DNA of 28,468 bases from Cyanobacteriota bacterium (GCA_033764955.1 JANRIL010000007.1:1-28468), one strand, 5' to 3'. Shown: positions 19,690-28,431, counted from the stretch's first letter. Numbers and translations are program-made. The notes: generated by a model from the sequence alone, not told the origin.

Positions 19690-21960
19690 TTGAAGCTGTT
19701 GACTGAAAATAATAGTCTCTGCCGTGAATCTAATGTGATTTTTGAACCCTTCAAGGCACATACACCGAATAAATCGGGTCTCTGGCATCACCTCAACGAT
19801 CACCTATGGTCAGTTGCAAATGAGGCGCTATCTTGCTCTGAACAGTTGGGGACAGGTCAATTGGGGTTTTATGCAGGACTCTGGCATGACCTAGGCAAAT
19901 ACAATCCTGCTTTTCAGCGCTATCTTCAGCAGTGCCATGCCGCTACAGGGCAAGGAACTTCGCTCCCGCGCGGCAGTCAACCCCATGCCATTTATGGGGC
20001 GGTCTTGGCGGCTCAGGTTTGTCAACCTTTGGCTCCACTGATCTATGGGCATCACAGTGGGATCCCTGCTCAATCTGTGTTGAAAAATGAGTTAGCCAAA
20101 AAACATCAGGATCCTGTTTGGCAACCGGTTTATCAAGCGGTTTTACAAAATGCAGCACAAGATGGGATCCCTCTTCAGCCGTCCCCTGAGTGCATGCACG
20201 AGATTGGGCAATTGGATCGGGATCCCTGGCGACTTGAGTTGTTTTTACGGATGTTGTTTTCAGCCTTGGTAGATGCTGATTATTTGGATACTGAAGCCCA
20301 CTTTGATCCTGGAAAAGCGGCCCAACGGGAGAATTATCTGACAATAACAGCCTTGTGGGATCGGTTTGAGCGGGAGCGTCAGGATTTTCTGGCGCAACGG
20401 GATCCGGAGACTATTCACGCTCCTGTGAATCAAGTGCGGGAGGAGGTCTACCGGGCTTGTTTAGAGGCAGCCAGTGGGGATCCCGGTGTCTATCGCTTGG
20501 CCGTACCGACAGGGGGTGGTAAAACCCGAAGTGGCTTGGGGTTTGGATTACGCCATGCCGTAAGGCACAATCACGACCGTGTGATCGTGGCGGTTCCCTA
20601 CACCAGCATTATTGAGCAAACCGTTGAGGTTTATCGCCAGATTTTGGGATGCGAGTCTGTGCTTGAACATCACAGTGCCATGCGGGATCCCTGGGCTTCA
20701 GGGGAAGACCTCGATGAAAATGCCCAGCAAGAGTATGCCCAAGCTCGGTTAGCGACTCAAAATTGGGATGCTCCTTTGATTGTGACCACCACTGTGCAAC
20801 TGTTTGAAAGTTTATTTGCCAATCGTCCTAATCATTGCCGTAAACTGCATAACATTGCCAATAGTGTCATTATTTTGGATGAAGTCCAAACTTTACCACT
20901 ACGCCTCCTAGATCCAATCTTAAATGTCCTCAGAGATCTGGTACAAAACTATCGAGTGACTGTAGTTTTATGTACAGCAACCCAACCAGCGCTGGCGGGA
21001 AACTCCTACTATCTCCAAGGCTTTGAAAATATCCAAGATATTGTTCCACCTGAGCAGGCAAAAGAGCATTTTCGCCGACTCAAACGAGTTCATTTTCAAA
21101 TGCCGGATCAACCTCAAAGCTGGTCAGATCTGGCCGTAGAGTTGAGTGCCCAATCTCAGGCATTGGTGGTACTCAATACCCGTAAAGATGCCCTCGCTAT
21201 GTTGGAGGCTATGGGATCCCAAGATGGACTTTTTCATCTCTCCACATTGCTGTGTGGGCAACATCGCCGCCAGGTGTTAGCAGAGGTGCGGCAACGACTC
21301 AAACATGGGGATCCCTGTTGGTTGATCTCAACCCAGGTGGTAGAAGCCGGGGTGGATCTGGATTTTCCGGTCGTGTATCGAGCCTTGGGACCTCTGGATC
21401 GCATCGTGCAGGCGGCAGGGCGGTGTAACCGGGAAGGAAAACTCCCTAATTTAGGGCAGGTGGTGATTTTTGAGCCGCAGGGCGGGGGAATGCCCAAGGG
21501 AGAGTACGCCACAGCATGGGCTCAAACGGAGCAACTGTTGCGACAACCGGACTATGATTTGTCAAATCCTGATCTCTTTGAAGATTATTTTCAGCGTTTA
21601 TATCAAGCAGTGAATCTGGATGAGGCGAGGATCCAATCCTGCCGGAAAGAGCTTGACTATCCCGAAGTCGCTAAGCGATTTCGCTTAATTCCAGAGGGAT
21701 CCCAGCCTGTCGTGGTGAAATATCCAGGCTATGAACCAATTGTGGATCGGATCCGCCGCCGCGGTCTATTTTCAAGTGATCACCGCGCCCTACAACCCTA
21801 TTTGGTCAACGTGCGACCCTACGAGTTTCGCCTATCCGAGGGATCCCGCATTGAGATCGCCCCCAACCTCTGGCTGTGGGAAGGGGGCTATGATCTATTG
21901 AAAGGGATTCAGTTAGGAACAGATGCTGTAGCCTATGATCCTTTAGACTTGATTCTTTAG
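19690..21960 (+). CDS. cas3: CRISPR-associated nuclease/helicase Cas3 (HD + SF2); true start may be GTG at 19735
   Basis: HD nuclease HLNDHL, LWHDLGK, GHH, DADYLDT; helicase motifs VPTGGGKT, DEVQ, TATQP, TQVVEAGVD, QAAGRCNREG. Confidence 0.96.
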   Translation: MKLLTENNSLCRESNVIFEPFKAHTPNKSGLWHHLNDHLWSVANEALSCSEQLGTGQLGFYAGLWHDLGKYNPAFQRYLQQCHAATGQGTSLPRGSQPHAIYGAVLAAQVCQPLAPLIYGHHSGIPAQSVLKNELAKKHQDPVWQPVYQAVLQNAAQDGIPLQPSPECMHEIGQLDRDPWRLELFLRMLFSALVDADYLDTEAHFDPGKAAQRENYLTITALWDRFERERQDFLAQRDPETIHAPVNQVREEVYRACLEAASGDPGVYRLAVPTGGGKTRSGLGFGLRHAVRHNHDRVIVAVPYTSIIEQTVEVYRQILGCESVLEHHSAMRDPWASGEDLDENAQQEYAQARLATQNWDAPLIVTTTVQLFESLFANRPNHCRKLHNIANSVIILDEVQTLPLRLLDPILNVLRDLVQNYRVTVVLCTATQPALAGNSYYLQGFENIQDIVPPEQAKEHFRRLKRVHFQMPDQPQSWSDLAVELSAQSQALVVLNTRKDALAMLEAMGSQDGLFHLSTLLCGQHRRQVLAEVRQRLKHGDPCWLISTQVVEAGVDLDFPVVYRALGPLDRIVQAAGRCNREGKLPNLGQVVIFEPQGGGMPKGEYATAWAQTEQLLRQPDYDLSNPDLFEDYFQRLYQAVNLDEARIQSCRKELDYPEVAKRFRLIPEGSQPVVVKYPGYEPIVDRIRRRGLFSSDHRALQPYLVNVRPYEFRLSEGSRIEIAPNLWLWEGGYDLLKGIQLGTDAVAYDPLDLIL

Positions 21961-22028
21961 AATAAAATTTAAGGATCTATGCTTGACGATCATTTCGCTC
22001 ACAAGCAGCTAAAGCGACGGGGGGAGCC

Positions 22029-22715
22029 ATGAGTCATCCAAATTGGCTCGCTGTCAAAGTCTGGGGAGATTTTGCCTGTTTCACTCGTCCCGAATTTGGT
22101 GCAGAACGTGTGAGCTACGAAGTCATGACTCCCAGCGCTGCCAGAGGGATCCTGGAGGCGATCTTTTGGAAGCCAGAATTCGCCTGGTCAATCCAGGAGA
22201 TTTGGGTGCTCAAACCAATTCGCCGCTTCTCCATCGTGCGGAACGAAATGACCACATGGCAAAGTGATCGCTCTGCCCAAAGTTGGAGTAAGGAAGGTAT
22301 TGGAGGATTTTATGTAGAAGATGACCGCGCCCAACGGCACACGCTCTGTCTCCGAGATGTGGTTTATATAATCTGGGCCGATATGAACCTAAAGCCTCAT
22401 GCTACCGATAACATTGCTAAATATCGGGATCAATTCCGCCGCCGCGTTAAACAGGGTCAATGTCACCATCAGCCTTACTTGGGAACACGAGAATTTACCG
22501 CCTACTTCTCGGAAATCGATGGAACGGAGCAGCCGATTGATTGGAGCGATGAGTTGGGATTGATGCTTCAAGACGTTGATTTTAACGAAGAGGTAGCTGG
22601 GGCTATACAGTATAAAACCCATGACAGCACGGGATCCCGTATTACCAAGGGAACTGCCCAGCCCAAATTTTTCCGGGCACGTTTGGAAAAGGGTATTTTG
22701 AGGATCCCCAGATGA
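22029..22715 (+). CDS. cas5: Type I-C Cas5c (Cas5d)
   Basis: WGDFACFTRPE, ERVSYEVMTPSAARGILEAIFWKP, QPYLGTREF. RBS GGGGAG upstream. Confidence 0.96.
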   Translation: MSHPNWLAVKVWGDFACFTRPEFGAERVSYEVMTPSAARGILEAIFWKPEFAWSIQEIWVLKPIRRFSIVRNEMTTWQSDRSAQSWSKEGIGGFYVEDDRAQRHTLCLRDVVYIIWADMNLKPHATDNIAKYRDQFRRRVKQGQCHHQPYLGTREFTAYFSEIDGTEQPIDWSDELGLMLQDVDFNEEVAGAIQYKTHDSTGSRITKGTAQPKFFRARLEKGILRIPR

Positions 22716-24484
22716 TTTTAACGAAGCTCAAAGAATACGCAGAAACTCGGCTGAATTTGCCACCAGAGATGTATGGGGAAACTAAAGTTCGCTGGTTGCT
22801 CGATCTTGATGAAACGGGATCCATGAAACCTGTCCCACTGGGGGCAGATAGCAAAACTACGCAACGAGGGATCCCCAAGACCCTTCCCATGCTGCCTAAA
22901 AAGCGGGCTTCTGGGATTCAACCCAATTTGCTGGCAGATACAGGCGAATACGTTTTAGGGATCCCTAAAGAAGGCTCCAAACCAGAACGAGTTGCCAAAT
23001 GCCATCAACAATTTAAAGACCTCATCCGCAAATGTGCAGATACCACTCAAGATCATGCTGTCCAAACTATTCTTAAGTTCTTGGAAAATTGGGATCCCTT
23101 ACACGCGCAACTACCCCAGAATTTTGATCCTAGTGATGTCGTGACCTTTCGTATTGGCACACGGATCCCGGCAGATGCTAATCCAAAAAATCAAGCCATT
23201 CAAGAGTTTTGGGCACGTTACACTGCTGGCGGTAATGAAGAAGAATCATCATTGCCTGTGATGATGTGTCTGGTAACAGGACAAGAAACGCAAGTGGTAA
23301 AACGACTGCCAGAACCTCTAAAAGGGATCCCTGGTGGACAGCCCTCAGGCACTTCCTTAGTCTCGGCTAATGCGGATGCGTTTACCTCCTATGGTCTGAA
23401 AAACTCACTCACCTCACCCATCTCCCGATCCGCCGCCGAAAAATTTGGGAAAGCCCTCAATCATTTATTGCAAGATGAGAAAAGTCATCTGCGGGTAGGA
23501 TCCAGTGTGTTTGTTTTTTGGACACGGGATCCCGAGGAATTTGATCTATGGTCTTTACTCGATAAGCCGAAGGCTGAGGACGCCCAAAATCTTCTTAAGT
23601 CGATTTTTAAAGGTGAGAAGAATTATTCTATTCAAGGACATGAAAATGAATTTTATGCACTGTCACTCACCGCCAATAATGCCCGTGCTGTGGTGCGAAA
23701 TTGGCTGCAAACGACTGTTCCCCAAGTCCAACAGCACCTCCAGAAGTGGTTTCAGGATCAGCAGATTGTGGATCCCTATGGTCAACCTAGCAAACCTTTT
23801 GGGATTTATGCCCTAGCGGCTAGTGCCTATCGGGATCCCAATAAGGAAATGCAATCTAGGATTCCAGCCTCACTGATCCAATCTGCACTAAGTGGCACAG
23901 CATTACCGGAGGACTTACTCGTAAAACTAAACCAGAGAATAGGGATTGAGGGAGAAATCTTTCATGCTCGTGCAGCCCTACTAAAGCTATTTTTATTGTC
24001 CTATTTGAGGAGGAATCACCGACCTATGCCCAACCTAGAAACCTTTAGTCCCCAGCCAGACTTAGATCCCCCAGATCAGTCGGCTTTTCAATGCGGACGA
24101 TTCTTTGCCCAACTCGAAATCATCCAACGAGAAGCGCAAGGCAAAGGGCTCAACACAACTTTGGTGGATCGCTATTACACGGCGGCTTCCACGACACCCA
24201 AAAAGGTCTTGGGAGATCTCATTGCCAAAGCTCAATCGCATTTAGCCAAAATCCGCAAGGAACGTAAAGGAGTTTATGAGGCTCTAGAACAGCGACTTGA
24301 AGAGATTTCTCTCTGTCTTGATCCTGCGGTTATACCAAATTCACTCACCATGCAACAGCAGAGCTTATTTGGCTTGGGTTACTACCACCAACGGGCTGAA
24401 AATCGTCGCCGTGCCAAGGAATCTGCCGAAGCCAAAAAATCCCAACATGAAAACGAATCTCCAGGAAAACTGAACAATGACTGA
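22712..24484 (+). CDS. cas8c: Type I-C Cas8c (Csd1)
   Basis: MILTKLKEYA start, KRASGI.PNLL.D..EYVLG, CLVTG, LVSAN..AFTSYG, GRFFAQLE, LFGLGYYHQR. ATGA overlap with cas5. Confidence 0.93.
   Translation: MILTKLKEYAETRLNLPPEMYGETKVRWLLDLDETGSMKPVPLGADSKTTQRGIPKTLPMLPKKRASGIQPNLLADTGEYVLGIPKEGSKPERVAKCHQQFKDLIRKCADTTQDHAVQTILKFLENWDPLHAQLPQNFDPSDVVTFRIGTRIPADANPKNQAIQEFWARYTAGGNEEESSLPVMMCLVTGQETQVVKRLPEPLKGIPGGQPSGTSLVSANADAFTSYGLKNSLTSPISRSAAEKFGKALNHLLQDEKSHLRVGSSVFVFWTRDPEEFDLWSLLDKPKAEDAQNLLKSIFKGEKNYSIQGHENEFYALSLTANNARAVVRNWLQTTVPQVQQHLQKWFQDQQIVDPYGQPSKPFGIYALAASAYRDPNKEMQSRIPASLIQSALSGTALPEDLLVKLNQRIGIEGEIFHARAALLKLFLLSYLRRNHRPMPNLETFSPQPDLDPPDQSAFQCGRFFAQLEIIQREAQGKGLNTTLVDRYYTAASTTPKKVLGDLIAKAQSHLAKIRKERKGVYEALEQRLEEISLCLDPAVIPNSLTMQQQSLFGLGYYHQRAENRRRAKESAEAKKSQHENESPGKLNND
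24026..24484 (+). CDS. cas11: Putative Cas11c small subunit, internally translated from cas8c (152 aa)
   Basis: In-frame ATG at 24026 (codon 439 of cas8c), AGGAGG at 24008-24013, just before the helical C-terminal domain (LD...AFQCGRFFAQLE...YYHQR). Confidence 0.75.
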   Translation: MPNLETFSPQPDLDPPDQSAFQCGRFFAQLEIIQREAQGKGLNTTLVDRYYTAASTTPKKVLGDLIAKAQSHLAKIRKERKGVYEALEQRLEEISLCLDPAVIPNSLTMQQQSLFGLGYYHQRAENRRRAKESAEAKKSQHENESPGKLNND

Positions 24485-25412
24485 TACTACCCAGCAATTG
24501 CCTATCCATCAAGATCCTGCCAAACGTCATGATTTCGTTTTGCTCTTTGATGTGACCGACGGCAATCCCAATGGGGATCCCGATGGTGGTAACCTGCCCA
24601 GAACGGATCCCGAAACCATGCAAGGCTTAGTGACAGACGTGTGTTTGAAGCGCAAGATTCGGAACTTTATTGACCTAGAGTATGGCCAGGGGGAAACCAC
24701 AAAGATCTATGTGCAGAATAAAGGTATTGCCTTAAACGATCTCCATGCTCGTGCTTATGAAGTATCCGAAATTAAATCAACGGGCACTAAACAAAAAAGG
24801 GAAGATGTCAATAAAGCACGCACCTGGATGTGTCAAAATTTTTATGACATTCGCATGTTTGGGGCAGTGATGACCACAGGAGTTAATTGTGGTCAAGTCC
24901 GTGGCCCTATTCAACTCACCTTTGCCCGTTCTATCGATCCAATCATGCCCCTGGATTTGGCAATTACCCGTATCGCTATCACAAAACCCGAAGATGTCGA
25001 AGTGATCGAGTCTGAAGATGGCAGTCGCAAATCGGGCGGGAAAGTCACTGAGATGGGTCGGAAAACGCTGATTCCTTACGGTCTCTATGTTGCCCACGGA
25101 TTTTTCTCCCCTTACTTGGCAGAACAAACCGGAGTAACCTCCACAGATTTAGAGTATTTCTGGGATGCTTTGCTATTCATGTGGGATCTCGACCGCAGTG
25201 CCAGCCGAGGTCAGATGTCTCCCAGGGGATTGTATATCTTCAGCCACGAAAAGAAACTGGGCAACGCTCCAGCTCACAAGCTCTTTGAACGGATCCAGAT
25301 TCGGCGCAGAAATGAAATCCTGACACCTCGTAAGTTCACCGATTACGATGTAGTCATTCAAGACACTGATCTGACTACGGGCATTACCCTAACCAAGCTG
25401 CTAGAGGGATAA
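24477..25412 (+). CDS. cas7: Type I-C Cas7c (Csd2)
   Basis: DFVLLFDVTDGNPNGDPD, TDVCLKRKIRN, CQNFYDIRMFGAV, GQVRGPIQ, MGRK, LGNAPAHKLF. Confidence 0.96.
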   Translation: MTDTTQQLPIHQDPAKRHDFVLLFDVTDGNPNGDPDGGNLPRTDPETMQGLVTDVCLKRKIRNFIDLEYGQGETTKIYVQNKGIALNDLHARAYEVSEIKSTGTKQKREDVNKARTWMCQNFYDIRMFGAVMTTGVNCGQVRGPIQLTFARSIDPIMPLDLAITRIAITKPEDVEVIESEDGSRKSGGKVTEMGRKTLIPYGLYVAHGFFSPYLAEQTGVTSTDLEYFWDALLFMWDLDRSASRGQMSPRGLYIFSHEKKLGNAPAHKLFERIQIRRRNEILTPRKFTDYDVVIQDTDLTTGITLTKLLEG

Positions 25413-25414
25413 CC

Positions 25415-25879
25415 ATGACAGCACAGACCTCTTTATATAACCAGGACTACTATTTGTGGTCACAAAAAATGGCAGCTTTGCTTCGGTCACATCATTGGGA
25501 GCAGTTGGACATTGATCATATCGCTGAGGAGATTGAAAGCTTGGGACGATCGGAAAGACGTGCGCTTGAAAGTAATCTTTTGATCCTGATCATTCATCTT
25601 CTCAAATGGAAATATCAGCCCGACAAACAAACAAATAGCTGGAAATATACGATCCGAGAGCATCGACAAAGAATTGATAGAGAACTGAGGGAAAGCCCTA
25701 GCCTCAAACCGTATCTGGCTGAAGTTTTCTCGGAAACCTATGAAAATGCTAGACAATTAGCTGCCGATGAAACTGGACTTGATATCCTTATATTTCCTCC
25801 TGACTACCCCTTTAGTATTGAGGATGTGCTCAATCCTGACTTTCTGCCCAATTATGTTTTAGATCAAGCAAATTCATGA
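25415..25879 (+). CDS. DUF29-family protein
   Basis: LY..DYYLW, LD..HIAEEIESLGRSE, HLLKWKYQP, SW..TI.EHR.RI...L..SPSLK, ETGL...FP...PF...L...FLP is the DUF29 pattern. Confidence 0.92.
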   Translation: MTAQTSLYNQDYYLWSQKMAALLRSHHWEQLDIDHIAEEIESLGRSERRALESNLLILIIHLLKWKYQPDKQTNSWKYTIREHRQRIDRELRESPSLKPYLAEVFSETYENARQLAADETGLDILIFPPDYPFSIEDVLNPDFLPNYVLDQANS

Positions 25880-26313
25880 TCAGCCTCTATAACCTAGACT
25901 ACTACTTGTGGTCACAGAAAATGGCATCTTTGCTTCGCTCTCATCATTGGGAGCAGTTGGATATTGATCATATTGCCGAAGAGATCGAAGGTTTGGGACG
26001 ATCTGATAAAAATGCTTTGAAAAGTAATCTCAGAATCATTTTGATGCATATGTTCAAATGGCAATTTCAGCCTGAAAAATAAACTCGGAGTTGGCTATCA
26101 ACCCTTTTGGAGCATCGGCAACGAGTCAATGACATTCTAGCCGACAGCCCCAGCCTCAAGTCATTCCTAGAAGAGAACTTGCAAAGCGGCTACAACGCTT
26201 CCCTCAAAATGGCTGTTCTCGAAACCGGATTGAGCCTTCCTCTTTTCCCCAAAGATTGTCCCTATACCCTTGCTCAGATCCTAGATGAGGACTATTTACC
26301 CGATGGAAAATGA
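25876..26313 (+). pseudogene. Second DUF29-family gene interrupted by one in-frame TAA (26080-26082)
   Basis: ORFs 25876-26082 and 26107-26313 share a frame. Reading through gives QPEK*TRSWLSTLLEHRQR, aligning with QPDKQTNSWKYTIREHRQR of the first copy (CAA vs TAA). Confidence 0.88.
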
Positions 26314-26920
26314 AGACGATCGGATCCCGGTTAGTGCTCTACAGCACATGGCGTTTTGTCCACGTCAATGTGCCCTAATTCATATTGAACAAGTCTGGGA
26401 GGAAAATCTCTATACACTGCGTGGACAACGGGTTCATGAGCGAGTGCATGAGCCAGATATCCAGACTGAAGACGGGATCCGCATTGAACGGGCTATGCCT
26501 CTTTGGTCACAGAAGCTAGGTTTGACTGGCGTGGCTGATGTGGTGGAATTTTCTGAAACGGGGATCCCTTATCCTGTGGAGTATAAATCAGGGGCTAAAA
26601 AAGCACGAGAGGCTGATGAGATTCAACTATGTGCCCAAGCCCTTTGTCTAGAGGAAATGTTAGGGATCCCTGTTCATAAAGGGGCGATCTATCATGCTGC
26701 TTCCAAGCGACGACGTGAGGTTGACTTGGGAGATTTAAAATTGAGGCAGCTTGTGTTTCAGACGATTCTGGATGTGCGAGCTCTCTTATCCTCCAATCGC
26801 GTGCCACCACCTGTGGCTGATGCTCGTTGTCCGGACTGCTCACTAGTGGATCTATGTATGCCCTCAGTCATTAAATACTTTGTCAATCAGGATCCCTTCT
26901 GCATTATTCCCGAACCATGA
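26303..26920 (+). CDS. cas4: CRISPR-associated exonuclease Cas4 (likely start ATG 26303; alternative 26285)
   Basis: SALQHMAFCPRQCAL, G.AD.VE, PVEYK, QLCAQALCLEEM, CPDCSLVDLC (Fe-S cysteines). Confidence 0.96.
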   Translation: MENEDDRIPVSALQHMAFCPRQCALIHIEQVWEENLYTLRGQRVHERVHEPDIQTEDGIRIERAMPLWSQKLGLTGVADVVEFSETGIPYPVEYKSGAKKAREADEIQLCAQALCLEEMLGIPVHKGAIYHAASKRRREVDLGDLKLRQLVFQTILDVRALLSSNRVPPPVADARCPDCSLVDLCMPSVIKYFVNQDPFCIIPEP

Positions 26921-27948
26921 AACCACTCCTAAACACTCTTTATATTCAAACTCAGGGATCCTATCTGCGACTGGATCACGAAACCCTAAAAATTGAAGTT
27001 GAAAGAGAAACGACAGTTCAAATTCCTCTTCATCATCTGAGAAGTATTGTTGTTTTTGGTAATGTGTTGATCAGCCCATTTTTATTGCATCGCTGTGCTG
27101 AAGATGGGCGGGATGTCGTATGGCTCTCAGAATTTGGTCGATTTCACGCCCGACTGGATGGCCCGACAACGGGTAATGTGTTGTTGCGCCGTGCCCAATA
27201 CGCTGCTCTCGAAAACAACAGCCAGCCGCTATCCATTGCCCGACTCATCGTTGCTGGAAAACTGCAAAATGCTCGCACAGTGTTAAAACGTGCTGCCCGT
27301 GAAAGCAAGGGATCCCCAGACCAAGCTCAACTTAATCAAGCAGCAGAAGCCCAAGCCCAGGGAATTCGTGCGATAGAAAACACCTCAGATCTTGATACGT
27401 TACGAGGGATAGAAGGATCTGCTGCCAGAGCTTATTTTGCTGCTTTTAGTAGTATGATTCGCCTGAATCGAGAGACTTTCGAGTTCACAGAGCGTTCCCG
27501 CCGCCCGCCACGGGATCCCGTTAATGCCTTGCTATCCCTTGCTTACGCTTTACTAACGAATGAATGTGTGGCGGCCTGTGAATCGGTTGGGTTAGATCCT
27601 CAGGTTGGGTTTCTCCATGCCATCCGTCCAGGTCGTCCTGCTTTAGCTCTCGATCTGATGGAAGAATTACGATCGGTGATTGCGGATCGATTAGTTTTGA
27701 CCCTGATCAACCGCAACCAAATTAAGCCAGATGATTTTATTGATCGCCCTGGGGGTGGAATTTACCTAACCGATTCCGCTAGAAAGATATTCCTTGCGGC
27801 TTATCAAAAACGCAAACAAGAGGACATTACCCATCCAGTCCTAGGATCCCAGGTTCCCTATGGTCTCATTGCTCATATTCAGGCTAGATTATTAGCTCGA
27901 CACTTGCGTTGCGATCTGCCTAGCTATCCTCCATTTCTTTATCGCTAG
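26917..27948 (+). CDS. cas1: Type I-C Cas1
   Basis: LLNTLYIQTQGSYL, GNVLLRRAQY, LRGIEG..AR.YF, RRPPRDPVNALLS, GFLH..RPGRPALALDLMEELR. Confidence 0.97.
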   Translation: MKPLLNTLYIQTQGSYLRLDHETLKIEVERETTVQIPLHHLRSIVVFGNVLISPFLLHRCAEDGRDVVWLSEFGRFHARLDGPTTGNVLLRRAQYAALENNSQPLSIARLIVAGKLQNARTVLKRAARESKGSPDQAQLNQAAEAQAQGIRAIENTSDLDTLRGIEGSAARAYFAAFSSMIRLNRETFEFTERSRRPPRDPVNALLSLAYALLTNECVAACESVGLDPQVGFLHAIRPGRPALALDLMEELRSVIADRLVLTLINRNQIKPDDFIDRPGGGIYLTDSARKIFLAAYQKRKQEDITHPVLGSQVPYGLIAHIQARLLARHLRCDLPSYPPFLYR

Positions 27949-27956
27949 GAGAACGT

Positions 27957-28247
27957 ATGGATGTACTCATCACCTATGATGTCAATACAGAAACTTCAGC
28001 GGGGCGAAAACGACTGAGAAAGGTAGCCATAGCCTGCAAAGATTATGGGCAACGTGTTCAGTTCTCAGTTTTTGAGTGTCGGGTTGATCAGGCTCATTAT
28101 GAAAAACTTCGCGCCAAACTCACCAAAATCATCGATCCCTCGGTTGATAGTTTGCGGTTTTACCGTCTTCCTTCTCCCCGTGAAAACCACCTAGAATGCT
28201 TCGGGGTTGATAAATACATAGATTTTGAGGAGCCACTAGTCCTGTGA
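27957..28247 (+). CDS. cas2: Cas2
   Basis: VLITYDV, RLRKVA..C.DYGQRVQFSVFEC, DSLRFYRL. RBS AGGAG upstream. Confidence 0.97.
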   Translation: MDVLITYDVNTETSAGRKRLRKVAIACKDYGQRVQFSVFECRVDQAHYEKLRAKLTKIIDPSVDSLRFYRLPSPRENHLECFGVDKYIDFEEPLVL

Positions 28248-28431
28248 CTTCCTCCGCGAACCTACAGTGGTGGCTGTTTTGGCGGGGGATCCGCGTATTT
28301 CTGGAAACCCTGCTGATTAAAGGGTTTGGAGATCAGAGTTGCTGGTTCAACCTACCGCGTCTGGATCAAATGATGGGGTTCGCGATTTTGATCCCTGGAT
28401 GCCAAGCTAGGCAAGGGTTTAAGATGATGGC
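28248..28431 (+). promoter_or_regulatory. CRISPR leader
   Basis: Non-coding 184 nt between cas2 and the repeat, with CGCGAACC / GGTTCGCG inverted motifs and duplicated CTGGA...AAGGGTTT motifs. Confidence 0.75.

Larger units (their letters stand above)
2676..28295. repeat. Highly iterated palindrome GGGATCCC (core GGATCC) dispersed through the cyanobacterial segment
   Basis: Many exact copies, e.g. 2676, 4896, 13270, 26561, 26663, 27309. An 8-mer is expected less than once by chance in 26 kb. Confidence 0.9.

Noticed and set aside
21961..22028. cas3-cas5 spacer as a possible degenerate repeat or CreA/CreR-like RNA (TTGACGATCATTTTCG)
   Set aside because: Similarity is limited to the 5' part, the stem and 3' handle are missing, and 68 nt is too short for repeat-spacer-repeat.
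19690..28247. Absence of cas6
   Set aside because: Normal for type I-C, where Cas5c matures crRNA.
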